Shown here: positions 38,475-50,929 of the stretch, one piece after another
Numbering within the stretch: the first letter of the stretch is position 1
Layout: the number at the start of each line of letters is the position of its first letter
The notes under the pieces: model-generated
What the model was told of the DNA's origin: nothing
The model's input: the letters and a program-made list of their open reading frames with translations, nothing else
Databases searched by the model: none
NCBI RefSeq assembly: GCF_006345805.1
Contig: NC_043002.1
Location: 30,938,001 to 31,002,000 of the forward strand
Reading direction: 5' to 3'
DNA from: Octopus sinensis
Lineage: Eukaryota
DNA: 64,000 nucleotides
Program-made: the position numbers and the translations under genes

Positions 38475-38822
38475 GGCCAAACTTTGGCATCGAGAGTCAC
38501 ACAAATGCCAGAACCGGGCGCCACTGCGTGGCACCAAGGACTCCAAATTTGCCATCAAGATGTAGGACAAGATACTGTGAGGGACCTGCATGGTGTAGAT
38601 GCGGATGTCTTTAAAGTAGGACTGGATCTCTTCCTGTCAGGTGTCCCGGATGAACCAACTTCACGGCAGGAGGTGCAGATGAGGGCTGCTGCATCGAACT
38701 CTCTCATGCACCAAATGGCAGTTGTTAAAAAGCATTCGTGAGGTAAAATCATGTAGCAAACCAAATGGCGGTGCCCCAGCATGGCCACAGCTCATGAGCT
38801 GAAACTGGAAAAATCAAAATCA
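38475..38822 (+). mobile_element. CR1/L2-like LINE 3' end
   Basis: PNFGIESHTNARTGRHC.., FKVGLDLFLSGVPDEPT..RAAASNSLMHQ; 3' tail GGCGGTGCCCCAGCATGGCCACAGCTCATGAGCTGAAACT. Confidence 0.75.
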
Positions 38823-39769
38823 TATATATATATATATGTAGAGATAGATAGATAGATAGATAGATAGATATACATATATACATACACACACATGCCCCCC
38901 CTCCACATATATATATTGAAAAGTCTGAATTTACACTACCCAGATAACAAGTTCAAATTTATACCTGTAATTATCGGAGCACAGGGATATGTAACACACT
39001 GTGGTCTTCGAATTTGTTGTATATTTCAGTTTGATTGCCTCTTCACGTGAAGGTAAAAATATTATTTTTCTGCTCTCAAGGCACGGAAAGTCACAACGGT
39101 ATAACAAATAATACAAGTTTCAAGGATGTACTATGCTAAGACTATACCAGCAGTACCTATGTGGACATTTCATGATCTCAAGGATTAAACGATTACTGTT
39201 CACAGTGCAATTCAAATGAATTCATATTCGTAATTTAACAATATATATAAAGTCTACCCCAGCATATCTTTGGTATTTGTGTAGTATTTTAACTATACTT
39301 TGATTAAGATAACCATACTTACGTTAGTTCAACGTGACATGAGGAGTAACGTAAAGCGCTTTATTTTACTCAGCATCGTTTTTTGACTGATATTGGCTTA
39401 TTTAGTTCAGGCAATAAAGAGTACTTTACATATTTTAAAGAAATGCATCAAATTTAAAATACTCATCCAAGTCTTAGTCTTGGGTAAAATGTTGCAGTTA
39501 TATTTATCGTTATTGTGTAGGTGAGAGGAGAGACACTGAATCGATCTGGTATTGACATAATTTGTGTTTCATTATTTTCTCTAGAAATCATCAGAAAACC
39601 ATTCATCATGCACATTTGTAAAACACTACTCGTAATGTGTAATGAAATTTTCCCTACATCATTGCATTACTAAGTAAATTTTCAACATTTTTACTGTCGG
39701 ATATAGCTATACATCACTGGTCACAATGCGTTTTATCCTTCGAATAATTCTACCCCACTGGCTTGGTGA

Positions 39770-39950
39770 GCAAGACCAACATTCTCCCTGATTGGGTGGC
39801 TAATCCGTCGCAATGTTATCCACTGACAGCTGAGTGGATGGGCGCAACGTGAAATGAAGTGTTTTGCTCAAGAATACAACGTCCTGTTCAGTCGAGCCCA
39901 CGATCTAGCGTTCGTGAGCGCAACGCCCTAACTTACTAGGCCACGTACTT
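39770..39950 (-). mobile_element. tRNA-derived SINE family C
   Basis: Homologous to 49640-49835 (TTCTTGAGCAAAACACTTCATTTCACGTTG block). Confidence 0.7.
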
Positions 39951-40066
39951 TCACCCCATAGACAAACACACACACATGTACGTATGTATAAATATGCATG
40001 TGTATGTAGGTGTATTTATATAATAATACCTGCTTATAACCATAACCTCCACAGAAATACAAACGT

Positions 40067-40128
<62 letters not shown>

Positions 40129-40819
40129 CTTATTTATATATACTCATTATATATATATATATATATATATTATTTATTAATTTTTTATGTATAAATGATT
40201 CAATTTCAAGAAATTTAGTCGAACGAATCTACCCAAATGCCTTTAAAATGCCTATACTTATTCTATTGGTTAAGCTGCGGGGACGTAAACATACGAACAC
40301 CGGTTTTCAAGCGGTTGAGGTGTACAAATACAGACAGAAAGGTATACACACATTTAACTGCTACTTATGCAGTGTGCTACATATTCCCGTGCTCCGATAA
40401 TTACTTGGTATTTTCTTTGTCGCCGACGTTTTCCTCAATGTTAACATCTGCCTAGCAGCTGATTTCCACTAAAGTACGTAGTTTCTTTTCTCCGACCTAA
40501 ATCACAATGTCAGATCTATTATGCTTACATTTCATTGAAGTTTTCACTGCGACAGGATTTAGATTAGAGCACAAAATAACGTATTTTGCTTCAAATTTAT
40601 GCCAACATTATGTGCGTTTTTTGATAAGAATATTTGTTAAGTAATTTCTATCATGTCTATGCTGTTGGTTTGACCCCATCTCAGAGTGGCACTCAAGATG
40701 TTATTCCTTCCTACTCAAAGGTGGCACTCAAATTTTCTTACTTCATTCTAAAAGGTGGCAATCAATATGTTCTTTTTGTTTTATTATGTTCCAGTTTCCC
40801 TAATAAGACGGTGAACTGG

Positions 40820-41335
40820 CAAAAACGTTATCACGCGAGACAATATGCCCAGCGTTATTTCGTTCCTCTTTTCGTTTTGAGTTCATATTCTGCCGAATCA
40901 CCAGTCGAGTACTGGAGTCGATGTAATTGAGTGAACCCTTCCCAACAAAATTGCAGGCCTTATCCTTCTAATACAAAAAATTATTATTAAGGTAGTGATC
41001 TGGAAAAATCGGTAGCACGCCGGTGAAAATGCTTTGAAGCATTTCGTCCCGTGTATCATTTCTGAGCTGAAAAATTCTGAGTCACAATTCTGCCAGCTCT
41101 CTGCCTTAACCTACTGAGATATTGATTTCAAATTTTGATACAAGGCCAGCAATTTCGAGCAACCGGGATAAGTCGATTATATCGTTCTCATTGCTTAACT
41201 GGTACTTATTTTATCGTACACGAAAGGTAAAGTCGACCTAGGTGGAATTTGAACTCAAAACGTAAAAACTTACGAAACAGTGCTAAATATTTTGCCTGGA
41301 GCGCTAACGATTCTGCGAGTTCGCTTCCTTAACGC
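40820..41335. mobile_element. cluster of decayed SINE A2 copies, both orientations
   Basis: Partial head, centre and tail matches. Confidence 0.65.
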
Positions 41336-41466
41336 AGTAAAATATTGATGTTCCTATTCTTTCTATCTCCCCCTCTTTCACCCACCATATAAATATATGT
41401 GTGTGTGTGTATATATATATACATATATATATATATAAATATATACATATATATATATATATATTA

Positions 41467-41498
<32 letters not shown>

Positions 41499-41500
41499 GT

Positions 41501-41557
<57 letters not shown>

Positions 41558-41599
41558 CACACACATATATACATACGTACGTACGTACATACATACATA

Positions 41600-41960
41600 C
41601 GTATCTATTTTACTCTTTTACTTGTTTCAGTCATTTGACTGCGGCCATGCTTTTGCACCGCCTTTAGTCGAGCAAATCTACCCCAGGACTTATTGTTTGG
41701 AAGCCTAGTACTTATTCTATCGGTGTCTTTTGCCGAACCGCTAAGTTATGGGGACGTAAACATACAAGCATATGTTGTCAAACGACGTTGGATGGACAAA
41801 CACAGGCACACAATCCATACATACGACGGGCTTCTTTTCAGTTTCCGTCTACCAATTCCACTCACAATGCTTTGGTGGGCCGAGGCTATAAAAGAAGACA
41901 CTTGCCCAAGGTGCTACGCAGTGGGACTGAAGCTGGAACGATGTGGTTGCACTTGTTATT
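41600..41960 (-). mobile_element. SINE family B
   Basis: Collinear with the reverse complement of 59437-59850. Confidence 0.85.
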
Positions 41961-41984
41961 GTTGTTATTGTAGTGATGGCTGTT

Positions 41985-42180
41985 GATATCGGTGAGCTAG
42001 TAGAGTCGTTATCACGCCGAGCAAAATGCTTAGCAGCATTTCGTCTGTCTTTACATTCTGAGTTCAAATTCCGACAACGTCCACATTCCCTTCCATCCTT
42101 TCGGGGTCGATAAGTTAAATACGAGGGAAACAGTGGCGTCGACGTAAGCGACTAGTCGCCTCCCCCAAAATTTCAGACCT
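41985..42180 (+). mobile_element. SINE A2
   Basis: Head, B-box-like GAGTTCAAATTCC and centre. Confidence 0.7.
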
Positions 42181-42697
42181 TTTGCATTCAGTAGAAGTGA
42201 TATCATTATTGATATTATAACTTTAATTGTTTCGTTGCTCCTGCTCTTGTTTTACACGTCCTTTCAACATTGACACTGAACAATATTTGAAAGCATTCCA
42301 GTCGTTATAAGCCCGTCATTTCCTAGAAAGTATGTCATGCCAAAGAACACACGGTTGCTCTTTTTAGCAGATGAATTGACCTCTTAGAGAACCCAATGTT
42401 TTGACGATAGAGTTCATATATTAAGCACTGGCAGCAATACGGCATTATGTGCTATTACAAAAATAGTAGCAGCCTTAACCTTTCCAAGTATCTGAATCTA
42501 AAATATCGCGAAGCATCTGGAATTCTCTTAAATAATGAAGCTACTGTAGAAATAATTATAATGCTAATCATTATATTACTTCATTACTTTTGATAAAATA
42601 CTTCCATTCATCTGCGAAATACATTGATATAGTTGTAAGTGGAATAAGTAGTTTGAGGGAGGTAGGTGTAGGGTCATTAATGATACCGCCAATAAGC

Positions 42698-42737
<40 letters not shown>

Positions 42738-42859
42738 GTAATAATAATGATGATGATTTCAGATATTGGCGCATGACCAGCAAGTTCAGGCGTGAGGTAA
42801 AGTCGATTACATCGACTCCAGTGTACAAATGGGACGTATTTCATTGATCTTCACTTATG

Positions 42860-43325
42860 TGTTTTCGCAAAAGATGTCCTACAGCAAATGTTCGGCTCAT
42901 TATAGCAGAGTTGCTTGTCTGTTGCTTGACTTTAACCAGTTGAGCATGTTCCTTATTGGCTGAAAATATGTATGTCCCAGATACTTTAATGGGTGAGCGT
43001 CATAGCCATGTATAGAAGAATTTGGTGCGTTTGAATATTTCGCCCTTGAGGATATGGATGTTTCGGTCATCATACTTAAATAACCCTTATTCATGAATCT
43101 GTTGACCAGGATGGGCTACACGGCTGAAGAAAATTCTAACTAGACCGAGTAGCAAGATCGTGTATTGTTTATCTTGGAATGGAATCACGATATAGAGCTC
43201 ATATGTTTGCGATTAATGTACCCGGTATACTCTTATTAGATGAGTAGCCATGATGGGTATATTGGACTTCGTACATCTATATCGTAAGGTCAGTTTTTGA
43301 TGGCGAGTGCTGTTATCTCACTCAA
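42860..43325 (-). repeat. unclassified interspersed repeat, about 470 bp
   Basis: Collinear but diverged match to 55405-55880; both start GAGTGAGA. Confidence 0.7.
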
Positions 43326-43339
43326 TAATAATGACAATA

Positions 43340-43770
43340 ATGATTTCTATTTTAGGCACAAGGCCTGAAATTTTGAGGGATTTTATTGATCTCAGAAATC
43401 AAGTCATATTATTTTATCGACCTCAAAAGATAGGAGGATTGATTAGACCTCGGCGGCATTTCAATCCACTATGTAAAAGCAGATGAATTGCCGGAAAGTA
43501 TTTTCCTCAGCGCGTAAACGAATGAGCCAGCTAATCTACCCAATAATACTAATGATAATAATTACAAATTTTGACACCAGGCCAACAATTTCGGGATATG
43601 GGGAAGTTGAATGAATTAACCCCAGTACTGAACTGCTCCTTATTTTATCGACAGTGAAAGTACGAAAGGAAAAGTCGACCGCAGCGGAATTTGGACTCAG
43701 AACATGAAGACGGACGAAATACCGCTAAGCATTTCGCTCGGTGTGCTAACAATTCAGCTAGATCCGCTTT
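43340..43770 (-). mobile_element. two decayed SINE A2 copies
   Basis: Tail, centre and head matches. Confidence 0.7.
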
Positions 43771-43773
43771 CGA

Positions 43774-43807
<34 letters not shown>

Positions 43808-43830
43808 TAATAATAATAATAATAATAATT

Positions 43831-46040
43831 CCCAAATCAAATGAAACAGAAAAACCAGAAAACTACAGACCAATAACCTGCCTCCCTACTATGTTCAAGG
43901 CATTTACTGCAGTGATATCACAAAGGCTGAACAAGCACCTGGACGAAAACAAAATGTTCCCAGAAGAGCAGAAAGGATGCCGCAAAGGCTCATATGGCTG
44001 TAAAGATCAACTAATGATTAATAAAGCCATAACTGCAGACAGCCACAGAAAGAAGAAAGGCCTCAGTATGGCCTGGATTGACTACAAAAAGGCGTTTGAT
44101 AGCATCCCCCACACATGGATCCTCGAAACACTAGCCATTAACAAAGTAGCACCAACAATCATAAAATTCATAGAGCACTCTATGAATAAATGGCAAACAG
44201 TCCTACCCTCCAAACAAAAGAGGGACTCATGAAAACCAAAGACATCCCCATTAGAAGAGGAATATTCCAGGGAGATACGCTCTCTCCACTCCTTTTCTGC
44301 TTGGCACTGTCACCTCTATCTGATATGCTAAATAGAACTGGATGCGGATATAAATGTTACGGCAAAACGATCAGCCACCTTTTATATATGGATGACCTAA
44401 AACTATACGCTGCAAATGACAAACAGCTGGAAACACTATTAAAGACAGTTCATGGATTTACCAAAGAAATAGATATGAAATTTGGATTAGAAAAATGCGC
44501 CAAAGTAACCATGAAAAGAGGAAAACTAGTTAAGAGTAACAACATCAGACTAGATGAAGCAAATGAAATAAAAGAATTAGACCAAAGCCAAACTTACAAA
44601 TACTTAGGAATCCATGAACTAGATAAGACACAACACACACAAATGAAAGAGAAAATAAAAAAAATATTATAGACGAGTTAGATCAATACTAACACAGAGC
44701 TCAATGCTAAAAACAAGATAATAGGTATCAACACTTTAGCTGTCCCAGTTATAAGTTACAGCTACAATATCCTTAACTGGACACGAAATGAACTGACCAA
44801 AATAGACAGGAAAACAAGAAAAATAATGACAGGATCTATGATGCATCACCCAAAATCTGACATAGAAAGACTATATATACAACGTATAGAAGGTGGTAGA
44901 GGCCTTATACAGCTGGAAAACAACTATAAAATAACCACCATAGGACTGCAAAAATATCTACTTCAGAAGGAAGGAAAACTGATCCAGATAGCGGCAAAAC
45001 ACGAGCAAAACAAAAAAACTGTTCTCAGTATTTAAGGAAGCTGACAAATACAAACAAGAAATCATACCACCTAATAACATGAAGAAGAAGAAGAAGAAGA
45101 TGAAGAAACACAAAAGCTATAAAAAAATGAAATCCAAACTAAAAATAAAACAGCAACGAACCATGATAAAACGATTGCAAGAAAAGCCCCTTCATGGTAA
45201 ATACTGGACTAAACTAAACGCAAAAAAAATAGACAAAGAAAAATCCCAGCAATGGTTGAGAAGCTCAGGACTCAAGCAGAAACAGAGGGATTTTTAATTG
45301 CAGCACAAGACCAAAGCCTCCCCACCAGAAATTACCAAAAACATGTAATGAAAAGAAATATTACAAGTAACTGCAGAATATGTGGAGATGGACAAGAAAC
45401 AATAAATCATATTATCTCTAGCTGCCCAGTCCTGGCTAAGAAGGAATATATTCACAGACATGACAGAGTTGGAACCTACATACATTGGAAGCTATGCCAA
45501 CATTATGGAATAACAACAGAAAAAGATGGTATAGGCACACACCAGAAAAGGTCACAGAAAACGAGAAAGCAACCATACTCTGGGATATGCCGATACACAC
45601 AGATAGAGAAATTAAGGCCAACAGACCAGATATAGTTGTCAGAGACCATGAAGAAAAAAATGCTTTCTAATTGATGTATCAGTACCGCAGATGACAACGT
45701 GTCTCTAAAAGAAATGGAGAAACTCTCAAAATACAAAGACCTGGAAATAGAGGTAACTAGAATGTGGAATCTGAAAACAGAAACAATTCCTATCATAGTA
45801 GGTGCATTAGGCATGATAAAAAAATATTCAGACAATACATAACAAAAACACCAGAACTTACAAACACATATAACATACAGAAAATTGCACTACTAGGCAC
45901 TGCACACATCCAACGCAGAACACTTTCCATACAATAACCATCAGAGCATCACAGCAAATCACAGCACATACCCAAGGCACACAGAGCTGCGCTCGGTAGT
46001 GAAGTGAAAGCACGCTATAAAATAAAAATAAAACTACTGA
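43831..46040 (+). mobile_element. R4/Dong-clade non-LTR retrotransposon, 5'-truncated, within (TAA)n
   Basis: NYRPITCL, EEQKGCRKG, WIDYKKAFDSIPH, GIFQGDTLSPLLF, HLLYMDDLKL, YKYLG, zinc knuckle CRICGDGQETINHIISSC, REL nuclease NRPDIVV..D..KLSKYKDLEIE; (AAT)n on both flanks. Confidence 0.95.
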
Positions 46041-46058
46041 ATAATAATAATAATAATA

Positions 46059-46100
<42 letters not shown>

Positions 46101-46174
46101 GAAGAAGAAGAAGAGAAGAAGAAGAAGAAGAAGAAGAAGAAGAAGAAGAAGAAGAAGAAGAAGAAGAAGAAGAA

Positions 46175-46401
46175 ACAATACTATAGACGAGTTAGATCAA
46201 TACTGAAAACAGAGCTGAATGCTAAAAACAAGATGATAGGTATTAACACTTTAGCCGTCCCAGTTATAAGTTACAGCTACAATACCCTTACCGGACACTA
46301 AATGAAGTAACCAAAATAAAAAATAAGAAAAATAATGGCAGGATCTATGATGCACCACCCAAAATCTGACATAGATAGGCTATATATATATGTATATATA
46401 T

Positions 46402-46496
<95 letters not shown>

Positions 46497-46605
46497 GGTG
46501 GTAGAGGCCTTATACAGCTGGAAAACTATTATAAAATAACCAGCATAGGAATGCAAAAATACCTACTTCAATAGGAAGGAAAATTAATACAAATAGCCAC
46601 AAAAA
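46175..46605 (+). mobile_element. second internal Dong fragment interrupted by (TA)n
   Basis: Paralogous to about 44665-45000; TA expansion at 46381-46496. Confidence 0.85.
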
Positions 46606-47028
46606 AAGGAATCGAATTAATGGTGCAAAGACGGACATAATCCTGCTAAACATTTTGTCCGGCGCGATGAAGATCCTTCCAGTTCACCGCCTTATGAACA
46701 ACAACAATAGCAGCAACAGCAACAGCAACAACAACAATGATAATGATTTCTTTCGTTGGTCACAATGGTCCATGACATGGAGGAAAGAGTCAAAAAACAA
46801 GATGCAACACAAAAAATCAGATGAGGTTTACATCGATCAAAGGGAGCCACAATGATAATAATCCTTTGTATTATAGACACAACGCCCGAGATACAATGAT
46901 AATAACAACGAGAACAATAACAAACAAATAATGATGACAATATCATCATCATCATCACCACCACCACCACTACTATCATCATCATCTTCATTATAGTCAT
47001 CATCATCACCACCAACACCACCATCATT

Positions 47029-47077
<49 letters not shown>

Positions 47078-47485
47078 ACAACAACAACAACAAAAACAAT
47101 AGGAAAAACCACAACTACTATGATAGTAATTCTCGTTATAGGACAGCAATAATTTCTCTATTTACTAAAAGCGTGCCACATTGAAATGATTTTTCGAATG
47201 CAAACTCGAAGTCAGAATATTGATGGATGCAGAAAGATTAAGAAAGTTCTCAAGACGTAATATAAATTACAGATGTAGAAAATATTTCATTTCTTATATA
47301 GACGAAAGCTCGTACGCGTTCTGAGCGGATTAAATATACTTCAATACATAATAATTAAAGTGTCTACTCTTGAGTAGATAATATTTTTAATCTAACAGGA
47401 TTAATACCAAATACTCCTGGTAAATTTGATAGAACGTACAACGGTCATTGCTTAGAGCAAACTAAAATTCATATTTCAAAAAATA

Positions 47486-47546
<61 letters not shown>

Positions 47547-47600
47547 TATTCAAAGGAATTTCAACTCTATTTTTTATGTTTTATTTATATTCTTTATAAT

Positions 47601-47840
47601 ATTAATGTAGAATATAGAATATATAGTATAAATAATATATATAGTGAATTGAAATGAAGTATTGATTATTTTATTGAATAGATGAAATATTGAATATCAA
47701 ATATTAAGGGACTAAATATCAAATTTTACTCCCTTTTTATTTGATATTCAATCTTTCATCTATTCAATAAGACAACCAATACTTCATTTCATTTTACTAT
47801 ATATACTATTTATACTATACATTCTATATTCTACATTAAT
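47601..47840. repeat. 240-bp AT-rich imperfect palindrome
   Basis: ATTAATGTAGAATATAGAAT...TGAATATCAAAT versus ATTTGATATTCA...ATTCTATATTCTACATTAAT; centre near 47720. Confidence 0.9.
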
Positions 47841-47853
47841 TGTGTATAGAGGG

Positions 47854-48112
47854 ATATATATTATTCAAAGGAATTCCAACTCTGTCTATTTCAAAATTCA
47901 AAGTGTGACCGCGTGTGTACCGTTGGCGATTTTTTTCCTCCGTCTTCCCTTCTTTGGATCTTTCATTTTTCTATGTTTCTGACGAAGAGCTCCGCTAGAA
48001 ACGTTAAACCCTCCTTCTTTCCTTCTTTCCTGAGCGTCCAATAATACTATACTTGTTCCACGTCCTCGCGTTGTTGTGTTTTCTCTTTATGTTTTCATGT
48101 TTGGATTAACTA
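47854..48112 (+). mobile_element. PLE-type 3' tail, family 1
   Basis: Homologous to 1-262; hammerhead motif; ends TGTTTGGATTAAC then (TA)n. Confidence 0.55.
47975..48009 (+). ncRNA. minimal type I hammerhead ribozyme motif
   Basis: gttt CTGACGA A gagc tcc gcta GAAA CG TT aaac: canonical CUGAnGA, perfect 4-bp stem I, closing pair of stem II mutated, ACGT palindrome for stem III. Confidence 0.6.
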
Positions 48113-48636
48113 TATATATATATAAATAAACACACACATATATGTATATCTTGTACTTCCTGCGATTTTGCGCAGCATTGTTCACCATCAGCAGTCTCAC
48201 TCACTTTCTGATTCTTGGTAATTTATCCATGTTCTTCAGAGATCATTGTTTCTTAAGTACTCCCTGTTATATTCTTCGTCCTTCAAATTTTTGTGTAACC
48301 GGTGTCTTATGAGGACATTTACGTTGCGTACACCTAACAGATTTATAATTCGATTTCGTTACCGACAAAGTTTATACATACATGGACATGTATAGGATCA
48401 AATATGTTATCATCTGATGACCTACCTCAGTAACACTTTCACAACCACAAAAAAAAACGATAGTTACAACATACGTCATAATTTACCTGACTCTCGATGA
48501 GCGCGCCAGCATGTTATTCTTACTCCATCGTTGTCAGCGATTTTTACGAACATCTCTCTCTCTCTCCTCCCCTCTCTCTTTCTCTGTATATGTGTGTATG
48601 TGTGTGTGGGTGTGTGTGTATAATGTACATATATAT

Positions 48637-48667
<31 letters not shown>

Positions 48668-48670
48668 ATA

Positions 48671-48715
<45 letters not shown>

Positions 48716-48720
48716 TACTC

Positions 48721-49600
48721 ACTAGACTATCCGTGACCCGTCGGTTAAGTTTATATAACATTGAAGCTGATTTCATCATTGCATTGTAATGAAATTTAAT
48801 TATGTGATGATTCAGTTAAATATTTCAGTTCGTTCTTGTCATCATAAGTCTGGTTACAAGTTCATGTTAAAGTTTTTGTTGATTATTTACAACATCTAAT
48901 AGGAATAGAACTTCCGGGATAAACTCGAACACCAGTAATAGCATTTATCTATGGCATGTGTGCACTTTTCTGCAAAAATGTAAAAGGAATGGTGATATAA
49001 CGTAAAAATAAAATTAATGGAAACAATTTTCACAGTATTATATATTTCCATTTCAGGGTTAAGTTACTTTCGGAGTATTTCCCCATTAGGCGCCATTTTG
49101 GCTGTATTAAATTACAGATAAACATACACACAAGCAAGCTGTTATAGAGTTTTAGTAGTATACTAGACTAAAAGTGACCCATTGATTTACCAATAATTCA
49201 ATGTACCCGAAAAAGAAGCACATATCTCAGGAACCCGTGGTCCAATTTATGCAACACTTGTTTTATTTCGTTTGTATTCACATTCCAATGATACCTTACT
49301 TTCAGAGTATTTTACCATTATGTGACGGCTTGGCTATTTATAAAGGCACCCCCCACCAACACCAAATCAAGTGTTTAGGAAACCCGTGGTCCGATTCACT
49401 CGAAACTTGTTTCATTCTGTTTGTATTCACATTTCAATGGTACTTCACTTTCAAAGCATTTTTTCCAATATGCTCCGGTTTTGTTATCTATACAGGTAGC
49501 GGAAACAAACTGCGTATCTTGGGAACCCGTGGCCCGATTTATCTAAAACTTGTTTTATTCCCTTTGTGTTCACATTTCAACATAAATGCGACCTTTTAAA
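48721..49600 (+). mobile_element. two tandem Helitron-like non-autonomous elements
   Basis: Both begin ACTAGACTA....GTGACCC (48721, 49162); the first ends with TTTCGGAGT, a CA-rich tract and AGTTTTAGTAGTAT; the second holds about 145-bp tandem repeats. Similarity to Lep1/DINE-type layout is from recall. Confidence 0.45.
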
Positions 49601-49639
49601 TCTTAGCCAGGTTCATGGGCCCGGTTTCCCGGTTTCTAT

Positions 49640-49835
49640 GACGTATGTGTTTCCCAGCTGGACGGGAAGCCAGTCCATTGGAGCGTTACTCATTTTTGCC
49701 AGCTGAGTGGACTGGAGCAACGTGAAATGAAGTGTTTTGCTCAAGAACGCAACGGGTCACCCGGTCCAGGAATCGAAACCACAATCTTATGATCATGGTG
49801 CTGACACTCTAACCACTAAGTCACGCACCTCTACA
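49640..49835 (-). mobile_element. tRNA-derived SINE family C
   Basis: A-box-like TGACTTAGTGG and B-box-like GGTTTCGATTCC followed by a CORE-like block. Confidence 0.75.
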
Positions 49836-50123
49836 CGCACACACACACACATACACACACATATACATATATACATATATACATATATATATATATTCAT
49901 ATATACATACATACATATTTATATATAAATATATATACACAAGAATCTATGTATAAATATCTGTATTAATATGTTCTTCTTCTTTCTACATTATATGTAT
50001 ATATATATAGTACATATATATGTATATATAATATATACATATATATATATATATACATATAGATAGACATATATATATGTATACATATATATATATATAT
50101 GCATATATATGTATGTGTATTTA

Positions 50124-50162
<39 letters not shown>

Positions 50163-50261
50163 TATATATATAATATAGATAACACACAAATATATATCCA
50201 TTTACGTACCTGTTTATCTATGTAATTCTCTATACGTCTATCTCTCTCTCTCTCTCTCTCT

Positions 50262-50309
<48 letters not shown>

Positions 50310-50734
50310 ACTCCACACAAATTCGGTAGAAATATACTTCACATCAAGTCTAATAACCTTGGCAGGAAACCATTTCCCTTGGCTACAATAATGGAAATTT
50401 AACCACACCATCTTTTTATTTGGCTCAACAAAAACCTTTCATAACAAATATGATACCGTTGGAATTATATCAAATATCTTTGGCAATATCCCCTAAACTT
50501 GGCAATTAATCAGATATCCCTATTATCAAATATATGATTGTTTCGATTATGCATATGTCTTTCATATGCAATATTACAATCACTTTCATTCAAATCTCAA
50601 GAATTCAGAATGATCCTACTCAATTAAAAAGTTTTATATAAATGTCATATTATATATTTATACACACACACAACACATGCACACACACATACACACACAC
50701 ATACACACACACATATATATAATATGACACTAGG

Positions 50735-50870
50735 AGTGGTAATGTCACAAGTAGCTTGTACCAACCACATGTTTCCGGGTTCAGTCCACCGTCTTCTACT
50801 ATAGCCTCGAGCCGACCAAAGCCTTGTGAGTGGATTTGTTTGGTGGAAACCGAAAGAACCCCGTCGTATA
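50735..50870 (+). mobile_element. SINE family B 5' half with internal deletion
   Basis: Head and CTTCTACTATAGCCTCG block. Confidence 0.7.
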
Positions 50871-50872
50871 TA

Positions 50873-50929
<57 letters not shown>

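Noticed and set aside
48300-48345. GGTGT-CTTATGA...GTA-CACC possible decayed hammerhead
   Set aside because: No GAAA and no stem II.
49230-49590. Repeat-spacer appearance suggesting CRISPR
   Set aside because: The apparent spacers are homologous to each other, the units are too long, the context is eukaryotic and there are no cas genes.
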